Positions 1-9,374 of a stretch of DNA of 64,000 nucleotides are shown here, in pieces. The DNA is from Halorarum halobium. Lineage in GTDB: Archaea; Halobacteriota; Halobacteria; Halobacteriales; Haloferacaceae. The stretch spans positions 3,038,001 through 3,102,000 of the forward strand of contig NZ_CP134949.1 of NCBI RefSeq assembly GCF_032116555.1, given 5' to 3'. The position numbers were made by a program, and so were the translations under genes. How positions within the stretch are numbered: the stretch's first letter is position 1; every line of letters begins with the position of its first letter. The notes below the pieces were generated by a model. It was not told the DNA's origin. It did no database searches and saw nothing but the letters and a program-made list of their open reading frames with translations.

Positions 1-141
1 GTCAAGAAGGGACTCGAACTCGCCGGACTCCACGGCGGGAACGTCCGGAAGCCGATTCGGCCGCTCTCGGCCGAGGACGAGGCCGAAGCCGAAGCGATCT
101 ACCGGGAACTGGACGACGACATCAGTCGCCTCGTCGGGTAA
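1..141 (+). CDS. 3' end of a probable dihydrodipicolinate synthase (DHDPS/KDG aldolase-like) family protein, partial
   Basis: Frame 1 reads VKKGLELAGLHGGNVRKPIRPLSAEDEAEAEAIYRELDDDISRLVG* (TAA 139-141). The 'K..L.L.G...G.VR.P..PL' pattern resembles the DHDPS-family C-terminus. Confidence 0.6.
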   Translation, partial: VKKGLELAGLHGGNVRKPIRPLSAEDEAEAEAIYRELDDDISRLVG

Positions 142-285
142 CGCGGTTCGAGCGCGTCGGAGCGACGCGGACGGGCAGCGTCGAGGGCCGGGACCGTGAT
201 TCTCACGGCGCTCTTTTTCAGCGTCCACGACGGGGACGTGTACGGCCGATCGGACGCCGGCGGAAGGCGCTCGGGCGGCGGGTCG

Positions 286-1350
286 CTACTCGCCTCGGAC
301 GGTGTCGACGACGCCCCGGAGGTAGCCGACGGTGAACCCGCGGGCGCGGTGTCGCCAGTCGTCGTCGCCTTCCATCTTCGGGACGTGGTCCGGGATGACC
401 GCGCCCTCGAAGCCGACGTCGTCGAGCGTTCTGACGGCCTCGGCGGTGTCGAAGTTCCCCTCGTCGACGAACGTCTCGTTGAACTCGGGGACGGTGCCGA
501 CGACGTCGCGGAAGTGGATGAACACGATCTGGTCGCGTTCGGCGAACTGGCGGAGCACGTCGGTGACGTCCTCGCCCATCTGGGAGAAACAGCCGAGACA
601 GAGTTTCAGCCCGTGGTTGTCGCTCGGGACGTGCTCCATCGCGCGCTCGAAGTTCGCCACGTTGCGGAACAGTCGGGGAATCCTGCCCATCGATTCGAGG
701 ACGGGCGGATCGACCGGGTGGAGCGCCAGTCGGACGCCCGCCTCCTCGGCGACGGGAACGACTTCCTCCAGGAACGCCTCGTAGTTCGCCCAGAACTCCG
801 CTTCCTCGTAGGCCCTGTCCAGTCCGGGCGCGAGCGCGTCGGGGTCGTCGATCTCGTCGAAGTCGAAGGCGGTGCCCTCCGCGCCGCCGCGCAGTTCGAC
901 CGGTTCGGTCCGCATCGGAACCACGCCCCGGGGGTTCCACTGGTAGCCCAGGATCGGGACGTCGGCCTCGCCGAGGTTGCGGATCAGCGTCGTGATCTGT
1001 TCGAGCGCGTCCCGTTTCCCCTCGCGGCCGAACATGATGTCGCCGTAGAGCGAGTACGGCAGCGACTGGATGCCGGTGAGACGCAGGCCGTGGGATTCGA
1101 CCTGCTCGCGGGCGGCTTCCAGTTCCGCGACTGAGGGGATCGAATCCCGACCCACCGCGACCGTGTCCGACCCGTCGCGGTCGTTGAACTCGTCCGGCTC
1201 CTCCTCGGTGTCGGCGTGGTCGACGAAGACGTCAGTCGCACCAAGCTGTCGGACGTACCGGAGGCGGGAGTCCGAGAGCGTGCGCGTCCGAACGCCGACT
1301 CGGATGTCGCTTCGGGTCTCGGCACTGGCGTTGGCGGAGCTTCCAGTCAT
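286..1350 (-). CDS. uxuA: Mannonate dehydratase (UxuA family)
   Basis: Motifs 'FLEEVVPVAEEAGVRLALHPVDPP', 'LCLGCF', 'FIHFRDV', 'FNETFVDEG', 'IPDHVP'. Start set at ATG 1350 (MTGSS...); the upstream part of the ORF-track call looks non-coding. Confidence 0.85.
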   Translation of the reverse strand: MTGSSANASAETRSDIRVGVRTRTLSDSRLRYVRQLGATDVFVDHADTEEEPDEFNDRDGSDTVAVGRDSIPSVAELEAAREQVESHGLRLTGIQSLPYSLYGDIMFGREGKRDALEQITTLIRNLGEADVPILGYQWNPRGVVPMRTEPVELRGGAEGTAFDFDEIDDPDALAPGLDRAYEEAEFWANYEAFLEEVVPVAEEAGVRLALHPVDPPVLESMGRIPRLFRNVANFERAMEHVPSDNHGLKLCLGCFSQMGEDVTDVLRQFAERDQIVFIHFRDVVGTVPEFNETFVDEGNFDTAEAVRTLDDVGFEGAVIPDHVPKMEGDDDWRHRARGFTVGYLRGVVDTVRGE

Positions 1351-1538
1351 GGTACCACCACTGGCACGGGGGAGCATAAACGTCCATGTTTCGGTCAGAC
1401 TCGCTGTCCCCGGCGGTGGTGGCGTCTCCATCGTTGACTGACGGCCCCTCCGTGAACTGACGACTCCGTCGTGGGCTGACGACCTCGGCGGACCGCGCCG
1501 GTTTCCGAAGCGACGTGAAAGGGAACCGGCGGGGCCGG

Positions 1539-3221
1539 TCACTCGACCTCGAGCGCGGACTCGTAGTCGCCGGCGTCCACGGGGGAGGGTTCCTCGGCGG
1601 GGATGTCGACGTCGACGAGCGTCGGCCCGTCCTCGTCGAACGCGTCCGCCATCGCGGTTGCGAGACCGCTCCGGGTGCTCACTCTGACGCCGGTGCACCC
1701 GAACCCCTCCGCGATGGACACGAAGTCGGGCGAGTCCCACTCGAAGCGGTGCCCGTCCGTGTAGCGGTCGATCTTCGGCGACTGGCTGATGATCCCGTAG
1801 TCGCCGTTGTTGAGGACGACGGTCGTCACGTCCAGCCCGTGCTCGACCGCCGTGTGGAGTTCGGTGAGAGACATCATCAGGCCGCCGTCGCCGGTGAGCG
1901 CGACGACCTCACGGTCGGGGTGGGCGAACTTCGCGCCGAGTGCGGCGGGGAGGCCGACACCCATTCCCGCCCACGAGCCCGACGTGACGTACCCGCGTTC
2001 GTCGTAGGCTTCGAACGCCTGCTTGGCCCACAGCCTGAATCCCCCGATGTCCGTCGTCACGATGGCGTCCCGCGGGATGACGTCCCGGACGGTCCCGAGC
2101 GCGCCGGGCGTGTGAATCGGGTCGTCGGCGAGCAGCCCGTCCGCCTCGAGGTGGTCGAAGTACTCCTCCCGGGCCGTCGTGGCCAGCGCCGCGCCGTTCC
2201 ACGTCTCGGCCCGCTGCGAGCGCGCCGCGAGCCCGTCGATCAACTGCCCGCCGGCGACGGCGACGTCGGCGACGATAGGGACGTCGGACGCGTAGCCGTT
2301 GTCGATGTCCTCGGGGTCGAGATTGACGTGTATCAACGTCTCACCCATCGGGAGGGTCCAGTCGGCCGTGGTCACGCCGTCGAAGTCGGTCCCGAGCGCC
2401 AGGACGACGTCGGCCGCCTCCAGCACCCGATGGGCGCTCGCGGGAAGATGTTTGGCCGACACGCCGAGGAACTGCGCGTCGTCCTCCGGAACGACTCCCT
2501 TGCCCTTGTACGAGGCGAGCACGGGCGCGTCGAGACGCTCTGCAAGCTCCCGGGCGATCCGACCGCCGTCGGGTGACCGTCTCGTCCCGCCGCCGACGTA
2601 CACGAGCGGGCGTTCGGCGCTCGCCAGCGCGTCCACCGCGTCGGGGTACCCTCCGTCGCTATCGACGCTCGCACGCCCGCGTTCCACGGGTTTCCGTTCG
2701 GCCTCGAACGTCGCCTCCAGTATCGAACTCGGAACCCCGATTCGAACCGGACCGAACGGCGGCGTCAACGCGGTTTCGATCGCTCCGTGGACGGTCCCGG
2801 TGAGTTCGGCTCGCGACTCGACGTTGACGTTCGCTTTCACGACGTTATCGTACGTGTCGGGAGGAATCTCGTGAATCGGCCCCTTCCCCCGATCCTCCGG
2901 ATCGATGTCGGCCGAGACGTGAACGACGGGAACGCAGTCGTCCGCGGCGTTTTTCAGCCCGTGCATCGCGTTCGTGTCACCGGGGCCGGGGACGGTCAAC
3001 GTCGCCGCCGGCCGGCCCGTCGCCTCGTAGTATCCCCACGCGACGTGGGGAATCGACGTCTCGTGACGGGCCATCACGTACGTCATCTCGTCGCGTTCGG
3101 CGACGACCCGATCGAGCGGGAGCGTCTGCGTTCCGGGGAGCCCGACCAGGAGTTCGATGCCCGCATCGACCAGCGCATCGTAGACGTGATCGCCGCCCCG
3201 CTTCGTGGTTCGCTCGGACAT
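1539..3221 (-). CDS. Thiamine pyrophosphate-binding enzyme (acetolactate synthase-like superfamily)
   Basis: 'GLPGTQTL', 'ARHE', 'PGPGDTN' and the TPP motif 'GDGGLMM...VLNNGDYG'. Start set at ATG 3221 (MSERTTKRGG). Confidence 0.85.
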   Translation of the reverse strand: MSERTTKRGGDHVYDALVDAGIELLVGLPGTQTLPLDRVVAERDEMTYVMARHETSIPHVAWGYYEATGRPAATLTVPGPGDTNAMHGLKNAADDCVPVVHVSADIDPEDRGKGPIHEIPPDTYDNVVKANVNVESRAELTGTVHGAIETALTPPFGPVRIGVPSSILEATFEAERKPVERGRASVDSDGGYPDAVDALASAERPLVYVGGGTRRSPDGGRIARELAERLDAPVLASYKGKGVVPEDDAQFLGVSAKHLPASAHRVLEAADVVLALGTDFDGVTTADWTLPMGETLIHVNLDPEDIDNGYASDVPIVADVAVAGGQLIDGLAARSQRAETWNGAALATTAREEYFDHLEADGLLADDPIHTPGALGTVRDVIPRDAIVTTDIGGFRLWAKQAFEAYDERGYVTSGSWAGMGVGLPAALGAKFAHPDREVVALTGDGGLMMSLTELHTAVEHGLDVTTVVLNNGDYGIISQSPKIDRYTDGHRFEWDSPDFVSIAEGFGCTGVRVSTRSGLATAMADAFDEDGPTLVDVDIPAEEPSPVDAGDYESALEVE

Positions 3222-3908
3222 GGGGAATCTTCGTTCCGAACTCCGTGGTCCGGGCGTTATAGTTTCGGGTGTCCACCGACCGCTCGCGACACGCTCCGCG
3301 GCGCCCGGACGGGGCAACGAAAAATATAGTCGTTCCATATATAATGGATAGATTATGTTTCTGCCGAACCGCAACGGAGGTCGCCCCGAACCGCGAGAGA
3401 AGACGATCGGCGTCGTCGGAGACCGTGACCGGGACGGGTCCAGTCGCGTCGCCCTGAAGACGGACCGATCGACCGCGTGCCGGAAAACACGCCGGAGGCG
3501 GCTCTCCCGACGACACTCCCGCACTGGTCGAGACAAACGACCGTGCGATCCATCTCCCGTCACGTTCGTGACCTCCCGACCGTTCGAACTGCCCGTCATC
3601 ACCATCTCTGTCCGTCGAACGGGTGGTTTCTGACGGCCCGACCCCGGATTCTACGTCGGACACCGACGGCTCCGAATCGATCAGTCGCGGCCGGACGTTT
3701 CCCGGATGTGGCGACGAGCGAACGCCGACTCGGCCCCCTCGCCGAGCTCGTGACCGTCCGTTCCAAATAGGTACTTGTTCTTATATTATCTACATGGAAC
3801 CAGTATTTTGTTATTTGAGGCGGCGATCACACGCGGCTCGTCGGTGAACGTCCGGTTGGCTGCCCGAAGCCGTTCGCGGCGAGCAGGTCGCGGACCGCGG
3901 CGCACGGC

Positions 3909-4699
3909 TCAGCCCCGCACCACCAGGTGGCTCCGCACCGCTCGCTGGCACTCCGCGCACGTCCGATCGACCCGGGCGACCGTCGCCAGCAGCGGGTGGT
4001 CGACCGGGAAGTCCCGGTAGACGGACGGGATCAGACTCCGGTGGCTGACCCCGATTTCACCGCCGCGGCTCGTGGCGCTCCCGAGGAACGCCTGACGCTG
4101 CCGGACGAGGCCCGCACATCGCTCACGGTGGGCCGCGAGCGTCTCGTGGCGGGCCCGAAGGTCGTCGAAGTCGAGCGCGGACAGCGGCGTCTCGTCCGTC
4201 GCGGCGATCCACGTCGTGATCTCGTCGACGACGGCTCCGGCGTCCTCGAGCCGTGCTGCTTCGCGTTCGAGCGCGCGCGAGCCAGGACGTCGGTTTCGAT
4301 CCGGCGCGTCCCGGCCTCCGAGAGGATCGCCCGCTTCAGCCGGGGTGAAAACGAGGTGTCCGTCGTCGGAGCGAGCGCGGCCGCGAGCGGCTCCGAGAAC
4401 TCGGCCCGGATCGTCGCGTGGAGCGACGATGGTTCGTCGCCGTCCCCGCCGCAGTGGGGACGAACCGTCTCGGCGAACGCACGCCGGACGGCCTGACATC
4501 GGTCGTCGGTCGAACGGGCGCTCCGGGCCTCCACTCCCGCCGTCGCGGTGACGCGCCGCGGGGACGATGGAGCCGGCTCTGGCGGGAGATCCGCCACCCG
4601 GGAGCGGAAGCGATCGATCGCATCGCGCTTCGTCTCGACCGACTCCAGTTCGCACCGGGCGCGAGCGACGGCGTCGTCGATACGGGTGGTCACCGCCAC
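3909..4699 (-). pseudogene. Conserved-looking haloarchaeal hypothetical gene split by a frameshift at about 4271-4279
   Basis: N-terminal half lies in ORF 4031..4699 (MAVTTRIDD...TDVLARA) and C-terminal half in ORF 3909..4655 (LEREAARLEDAG...HLVVRG). Deleting one GC unit from the (GC)n run joins them as DVLARALERE. It could also be a sequencing error. Confidence 0.65.
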
Positions 4700-4700
4700 C

Positions 4701-5687
4701 TCACACCCCCCGCCGGATGGACGCGCTGGCGAGTCCGTTCTGGCGCGCGTCCAGCGCGACTTCGAGCCGAATCAGCCAGCCGTCGTCGACGTCGTCCACG
4801 TCGATCGACGTGGGGATCGACCGTGGCCCGTGACGGACGAGTTCGACCACGACGGGCAACACGGGCAGGCGGTCCTCGTGGGGCGACAGCGCGTAGTCGG
4901 ACAGCAGGACGTTCACCGCCCGGGTCTCGCCGTCGGGATCGGCCGACGACGGCGACCACAGGTAGCTCCCGAGCAGCCCGCGTCGTTCGAGCCGTGTGAG
5001 CGTGGCCCCGACGGGATGGTCGGTCGCCGGCGGGGCGGGCAGTCGACCGGCGGCGGTGGCGACGACCTCGGCCTGCTCGTCGGGCGTGAGCCGTCGATCG
5101 ATCTCGGCCGCCATGCGTTCAAGCAGACGGAGACAGAGGTCGTCGAGGTCCCCGACGCGCTCGGCGTACTCGACGTAGGCGTCCACGACGGCCGACTCGA
5201 CGGCGTCGTGACCGGCCGCCGAGAGCGCCTCGAAGACGGCCGCAGCGACGCGATGGCAGAACTCGACCCGGTCCGAGCGACTGGAATCTGACGAGGTCGG
5301 TCCGAACGCGGTACCCGTCGCGCCCTCGGAGTCGGGACCGTCGCTCGGCCCGGGAGTCGAGCCCGGTTCGCCGTTCGCTCCGGGGGACGAGTCCGGATCG
5401 TCGGCCCGCGCCCGGCCGGGGTCGTACTCGGCGGTGACGTGGTCACGACCCTCCTGGCAGACGATGACGTCGTAGTAGGGCAGTCGCGGGTCGTATCGCC
5501 GGAGTGCCGCCCGGTACCGCTCGGTCGCGTCCGCGGCCGCCCGTGCGCTCGCTCGGCTCTCGAACCGGAGTCCCGCCGCGGGGACCGGCCGGTCGCCGTA
5601 GCGAGCACAGACGAGGACGTACGTGCCGTCGTCGCTCGCCAGGCCCTCGATGTGTGACCGAATCTCGCCGAGCGTCGTTCCGATCAT
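4701..5687 (-). CDS. Hypothetical protein (haloarchaeal type, several Cys)
   Basis: 328-aa acidic ORF with haloarchaeal codon usage. It abuts the downstream gene (1-nt gap) and is co-oriented with the binding-protein gene. Confidence 0.75.
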   Translation of the reverse strand: MIGTTLGEIRSHIEGLASDDGTYVLVCARYGDRPVPAAGLRFESRASARAAADATERYRAALRRYDPRLPYYDVIVCQEGRDHVTAEYDPGRARADDPDSSPGANGEPGSTPGPSDGPDSEGATGTAFGPTSSDSSRSDRVEFCHRVAAAVFEALSAAGHDAVESAVVDAYVEYAERVGDLDDLCLRLLERMAAEIDRRLTPDEQAEVVATAAGRLPAPPATDHPVGATLTRLERRGLLGSYLWSPSSADPDGETRAVNVLLSDYALSPHEDRLPVLPVVVELVRHGPRSIPTSIDVDDVDDGWLIRLEVALDARQNGLASASIRRGV

Positions 5688-5791
5688 GTGTCGTTCGAGT
5701 GTGGATAGTTCGTGTCCGTTCGAGACCGGTCAACGGCGGCCGGGGACGCAGGCGCACGCGTTCACCGCGAGGGAACTGTGTTGCCCATCGG

Positions 5792-6982
5792 TCAGACCTC
5801 CCCGTTGACGATGTCCGCGACGCGCCCTCGGTCGAACAGTTCGTCGTCGCCGGCCACGTCGCCGAACTCCTCGGGAAACAGCTGCTTTGCCGCGCGTTCG
5901 GTCAGGAACAGGTTGTGGATCGGCCCCTGGTTGAGGTAGCCGCCGCGGTAGACGCGCCCGTTCCGGACGGCCGCGAGTTCGCTGGCGACGGCGTGGTCCT
6001 CCATGAACGCGAGCACCGTGTCGCGGAACTCGGACGCCGTCTTTCGCTCGTGGCCGCGGATGAGCAGCACGTCCGGGTCGATCTCGAGCAGCGTCTCGTA
6101 GTCGAGTTCGCCGCGGTTGGTCGTGCTGAGGTTCTCGATGTCGGTCCCCGCGAGCGCGTCGGTGACGCCGAGATCGCGCCACTGCTTCTTGCTCGTCCCC
6201 TCGTCGGTGAGTCGGTACGGCGAGAACGTCTCCGGCTCGGTGGTCCCCTCGAAGGTGAGGAACACGTCGGGCCGCTCGTCCGCCGGCGGGAGTCGCGTCC
6301 GTATCTCCGCGATGAACTCGTCGTGAAGCTGCTTGAACGCCTCGTATCGCTCGCGCTCCTGGAACACCTCGGCGATCTTCTCGAACGCCTGGTAGAGCGT
6401 GTAGTACCGGTAGTCGTGCCAGTCGTCGGAGCGACGGAAGATCAGGTTGCCGACGAACGGGGCGACGTTCCCGGCGATCTCGTCGACGTCCGACTGATCC
6501 CAGTCGAACCAGTTGATGAGCATCCCCGGGTCGTACAGGTGGACGTCGTTGTCGAGTTCGTAGAACTGTTCCTTGGTCCGGACCTCGGGGTTCGCCTCGA
6601 TCCGGTCCCGTTCGAGGCTCACCCCGGGCAGTTCGTCGTAGACGTCCGTGTAGTACCGATCCGCCCCGCCGATCCCGGTCATCCCGGACGCCTGCCCGAG
6701 CGCGACCCCCATGTCGGCGTACCCGCCGTCGTAGGCGATCCACCGCTCGGGCACCCAGTCGAACGTGACCTCGCCGACCGGCGCCATCGTGACCGCGTAG
6801 GACCCATCCCCGGTCGTCGTGGACTCCCCGGTCGGCTCCGTCGTGTCAGCCGCCGTCGGCGACGTTCCCGCCCCCGTCTCGCCCGCACAGCCCGCGAGGA
6901 GCCCGCCGCCGAGGACCGCCCCGCCGTACTTCACGGAGTCCCTGCGTGTCAGCCGCCCGCCCCGTTCGGAGTCTCGTTCCAT
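5792..6982 (-). CDS. Iron-siderophore-type ABC transporter substrate-binding lipoprotein (Tat-exported)
   Basis: Twin-arginine 'TRRDSVKYGG' and lipobox 'LAGC'. Periplasmic-binding motifs 'MAPVGEVTF...PERW', 'ADMGVALG', 'LDYETLLEIDPDVLL', 'AVRNGRVY'. Confidence 0.85.
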   Translation of the reverse strand: MERDSERGGRLTRRDSVKYGGAVLGGGLLAGCAGETGAGTSPTAADTTEPTGESTTTGDGSYAVTMAPVGEVTFDWVPERWIAYDGGYADMGVALGQASGMTGIGGADRYYTDVYDELPGVSLERDRIEANPEVRTKEQFYELDNDVHLYDPGMLINWFDWDQSDVDEIAGNVAPFVGNLIFRRSDDWHDYRYYTLYQAFEKIAEVFQERERYEAFKQLHDEFIAEIRTRLPPADERPDVFLTFEGTTEPETFSPYRLTDEGTSKKQWRDLGVTDALAGTDIENLSTTNRGELDYETLLEIDPDVLLIRGHERKTASEFRDTVLAFMEDHAVASELAAVRNGRVYRGGYLNQGPIHNLFLTERAAKQLFPEEFGDVAGDDELFDRGRVADIVNGEV

Positions 6983-6986
6983 GCGG

Positions 6987-7038
6987 TTTAGGCCCGCCTA
7001 AATACACATAGTCGTTTCGGTTATTAGGTCGGCCAAAA
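6987..7038. promoter_or_regulatory. Two DtxR/Idr-type iron-box palindromes upstream of the binding-protein gene
   Basis: TTTAGG-cccg-CCTAAA (6987-7002, perfect arms) and ATTAGG-tcgg-CCAAAA (7023-7038), directly upstream of the ATG at 6982. Both resemble DtxR/IdeR-family TTAGG..CCTAA operators. Confidence 0.7.
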
Positions 7039-7327
7039 ACGGCGGTCGCTTCGGCACTTCACGGGCGGGCGCGCTCGGGAGCCGACGAGGGCCCCGCGTC
7101 CGGGGGCGATCAACGCCGGGGCGGGAACCTGATGGAGAGTTCCTCCGGCGGAAAGCTGACCACTCGATCAGTGCCGAACGGCGACGCGACGAGCCGGACC
7201 GAGCCGGCTAACGTCGCCTTCTCGGGGTGTCCGTTCCGCGGCACCGGCACGCGGGGTCGTTCGGAATCGCTCGGACCGACGGGTCGACTAACCAAACCGT
7301 TAACCATCGCAGCCACCGAACCCGGAC

Positions 7328-8347
7328 ATGGATCTCTCCGCCGTCGACCTGTCCCCTGTTCCGGCCGGCGGGACCGCGAGCGACGCGTACGCAGACACCG
7401 TGGAGGTCGCCCGGCAGGCCGAAGGGCTCGGCTACTCGCGGTTCTGGGTGGCCGAGCACCACGGCATGGCCGGCTCCATCGCCGGGGTCGCTCCCGAAGT
7501 GCTGCTCGGGCACCTCGCGGCCGAGACGGACTCGATCCGGCTCGGGTCCGGCGCGGTGCTGCTCAACCACTACAGCCCGTTCAAGGTCGCCGAACAGTTC
7601 GGCGCGCTCGACGCGCTCGCGCCGGGCCGAATCGACGCAGGGCTCGGGCGGGCGAACGGGTCGCCCGCCGCCGACCGCGCGCTCGGGACCGACCGCCACG
7701 TGCAGAGTCCCGACGAGGACCACGCGGAGAAGATCGAAGCCGTCGTGAACCACCTCGCCGACGACTACCCGGCGGATCACCCCTACGGCGACCTGCAGAT
7801 CCCACGTTCGGGCGAGGACGCGCCGATGCCGTGGGTGCTCGGGTCGAGCCCGTCGAGCGCGCGGATCGCCGGCGAGCTCGGGTTGCCGTACTGTTTTGCC
7901 GCGTTCATCCGGCCGGGGCTGGCGACCCGGTCGTTCGAGACGTACCGCGAGGAGTTCCGGTCGTCGCCGGCGGGCGGCGTCGACGAGCCGCAGGGGATGC
8001 TCGCCGTGAACGCGGTCTGTGCGGAGACCGACGAGGGGGCCGCGCGGCTCCGGGCCGTGGCCGAAGCGTCGTACAGGCGGATGCAACGGGGCGTCGTCGG
8101 CACGAGACCGTCCGTCGAGGAGGCCGTCGACGAACTCGGCGGGGTCCCGGACCCGACGCCCGCGACGCTCGACGGCGACGAGTGGCCGCGGGCGGTCTCC
8201 GGGAGCCCGGAGACGCTCCCCGACCTGCTGGAGCAGTTCACGGATCGGGTCGGCGTCGACGAGGTGATGATCCAGCACATCCACGGGACCCACGAGGACG
8301 CGCTCCGGTCCCACGAACTGTTGGCCGAGGGCGTCGGACTCGCGTAG
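7328..8347 (+). CDS. LLM-class flavin-dependent oxidoreductase (luciferase-like monooxygenase)
   Basis: 'GYSRFWVAEHH', 'IRLGSGAVLLNHYSPFKVAEQF', 'PGRIDAGLGRA', 'WVLGSS'. Confidence 0.9.
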   Translation: MDLSAVDLSPVPAGGTASDAYADTVEVARQAEGLGYSRFWVAEHHGMAGSIAGVAPEVLLGHLAAETDSIRLGSGAVLLNHYSPFKVAEQFGALDALAPGRIDAGLGRANGSPAADRALGTDRHVQSPDEDHAEKIEAVVNHLADDYPADHPYGDLQIPRSGEDAPMPWVLGSSPSSARIAGELGLPYCFAAFIRPGLATRSFETYREEFRSSPAGGVDEPQGMLAVNAVCAETDEGAARLRAVAEASYRRMQRGVVGTRPSVEEAVDELGGVPDPTPATLDGDEWPRAVSGSPETLPDLLEQFTDRVGVDEVMIQHIHGTHEDALRSHELLAEGVGLA

Positions 8348-8350
8348 GCG

Positions 8351-9118
8351 TCAGATCGGCTCGGCGGCCGCCCGACATCGCTCGTAGAGGGCTTCGAGCC
8401 ACGCTCTCGCGGCGGGCCGGTCCGATTCGACGTGGACGGTCGGCAGCCCCGTCGCGGGGTCGTGGCCCACGACGCTGACGTCCGCGTCGTCGATCGCGAA
8501 CGAGAACGGGACGTCGGCGTCGGGGGCGGCGAGGATCGAGAGGTTCTCGTTCGCCGTCACCGCCCGGAACGCCTCGCCGCCGACCGTCTCGTGGGACTCC
8601 AGGGCGCTCGCGGCGAACACCCGCTCGATGTGGCCTCTGTCCTCGAGGGCGGGGGTCGCGCGTTGCAGCGCCTCGACCGCGGTCGTGCTGACGATCGTGC
8701 CGCGGGACCCGCTCGTCTCACCGAACCGGTCGATCACGTGGTCGACGACGCGGTAGGGGTTGGACGCATCCGCGACGACGACCTCCGCGCCCGTGAACAG
8801 GTGCGCGTGCTCGACGAGCGCCGGGTGGTCGACGAGCTCCAGCAACGGCTCGAGTCGGCCGATGCTCTCGACGGCCGTCTCGTACGTCCGGCCGGCCGCC
8901 AGCAACGCCGCACCGAGGCTCGTCGTCCGATAGCCCTCGCCGGTGTTCTCCAGCAGGCCACCCTCCTCGAGGGCCACGGTCGCGCGGTACACGGTCGTCC
9001 GGGAGAGGTCCGTCCGCTCGGTGAGCTGTTTCCGGGAGAGCGCGTCGTCGCGGCAGGCGGCGAGCAGCCGTTTCCGTCGGAGGATCGAGCGCGGCCGGTC
9101 GTCGTCCGGCGGTTCCAT
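8351..9118 (-). CDS. Winged-HTH transcriptional regulator with a C-terminal putative effector domain
   Basis: N-terminal 'LSRKQLTERTDLSRTTVYRATVALEEGGLL' HTH and C-terminal 'ESDRPAARAWLEALYE', typical of a haloarchaeal regulator family. Start set at ATG 9118. Confidence 0.8.
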   Translation of the reverse strand: MEPPDDDRPRSILRRKRLLAACRDDALSRKQLTERTDLSRTTVYRATVALEEGGLLENTGEGYRTTSLGAALLAAGRTYETAVESIGRLEPLLELVDHPALVEHAHLFTGAEVVVADASNPYRVVDHVIDRFGETSGSRGTIVSTTAVEALQRATPALEDRGHIERVFAASALESHETVGGEAFRAVTANENLSILAAPDADVPFSFAIDDADVSVVGHDPATGLPTVHVESDRPAARAWLEALYERCRAAAEPI

Positions 9119-9374
9119 GGGCCACCTCGCCGTCCGATCGTTATAATGGTTCACTTGTAAACCGGCTGTTCGTCGGTGAACCGCCCGTTCACCGAAAACC
9201 TATCAGCCCATCGATGGTTATAACCGGTCGTTTTCGGAGGAGTCGCGTAATGATCGCCGCACCGTCCCGGCGTCCTCCCGTCCGGCGACGCGGGCCGCTC
9301 GCCCCCGCGACCGGGTCCGCTCACCAGCACGAACGCGCACAGTCGCCCGCAACCGCCCCGGACGCGGCCGACCG

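Noticed and set aside
3580..3605. 'MTGSS' start resembling the uxuA N-terminus
   Set aside because: The match is only five residues with weak DNA identity and no continuing similarity, so it is probably chance.
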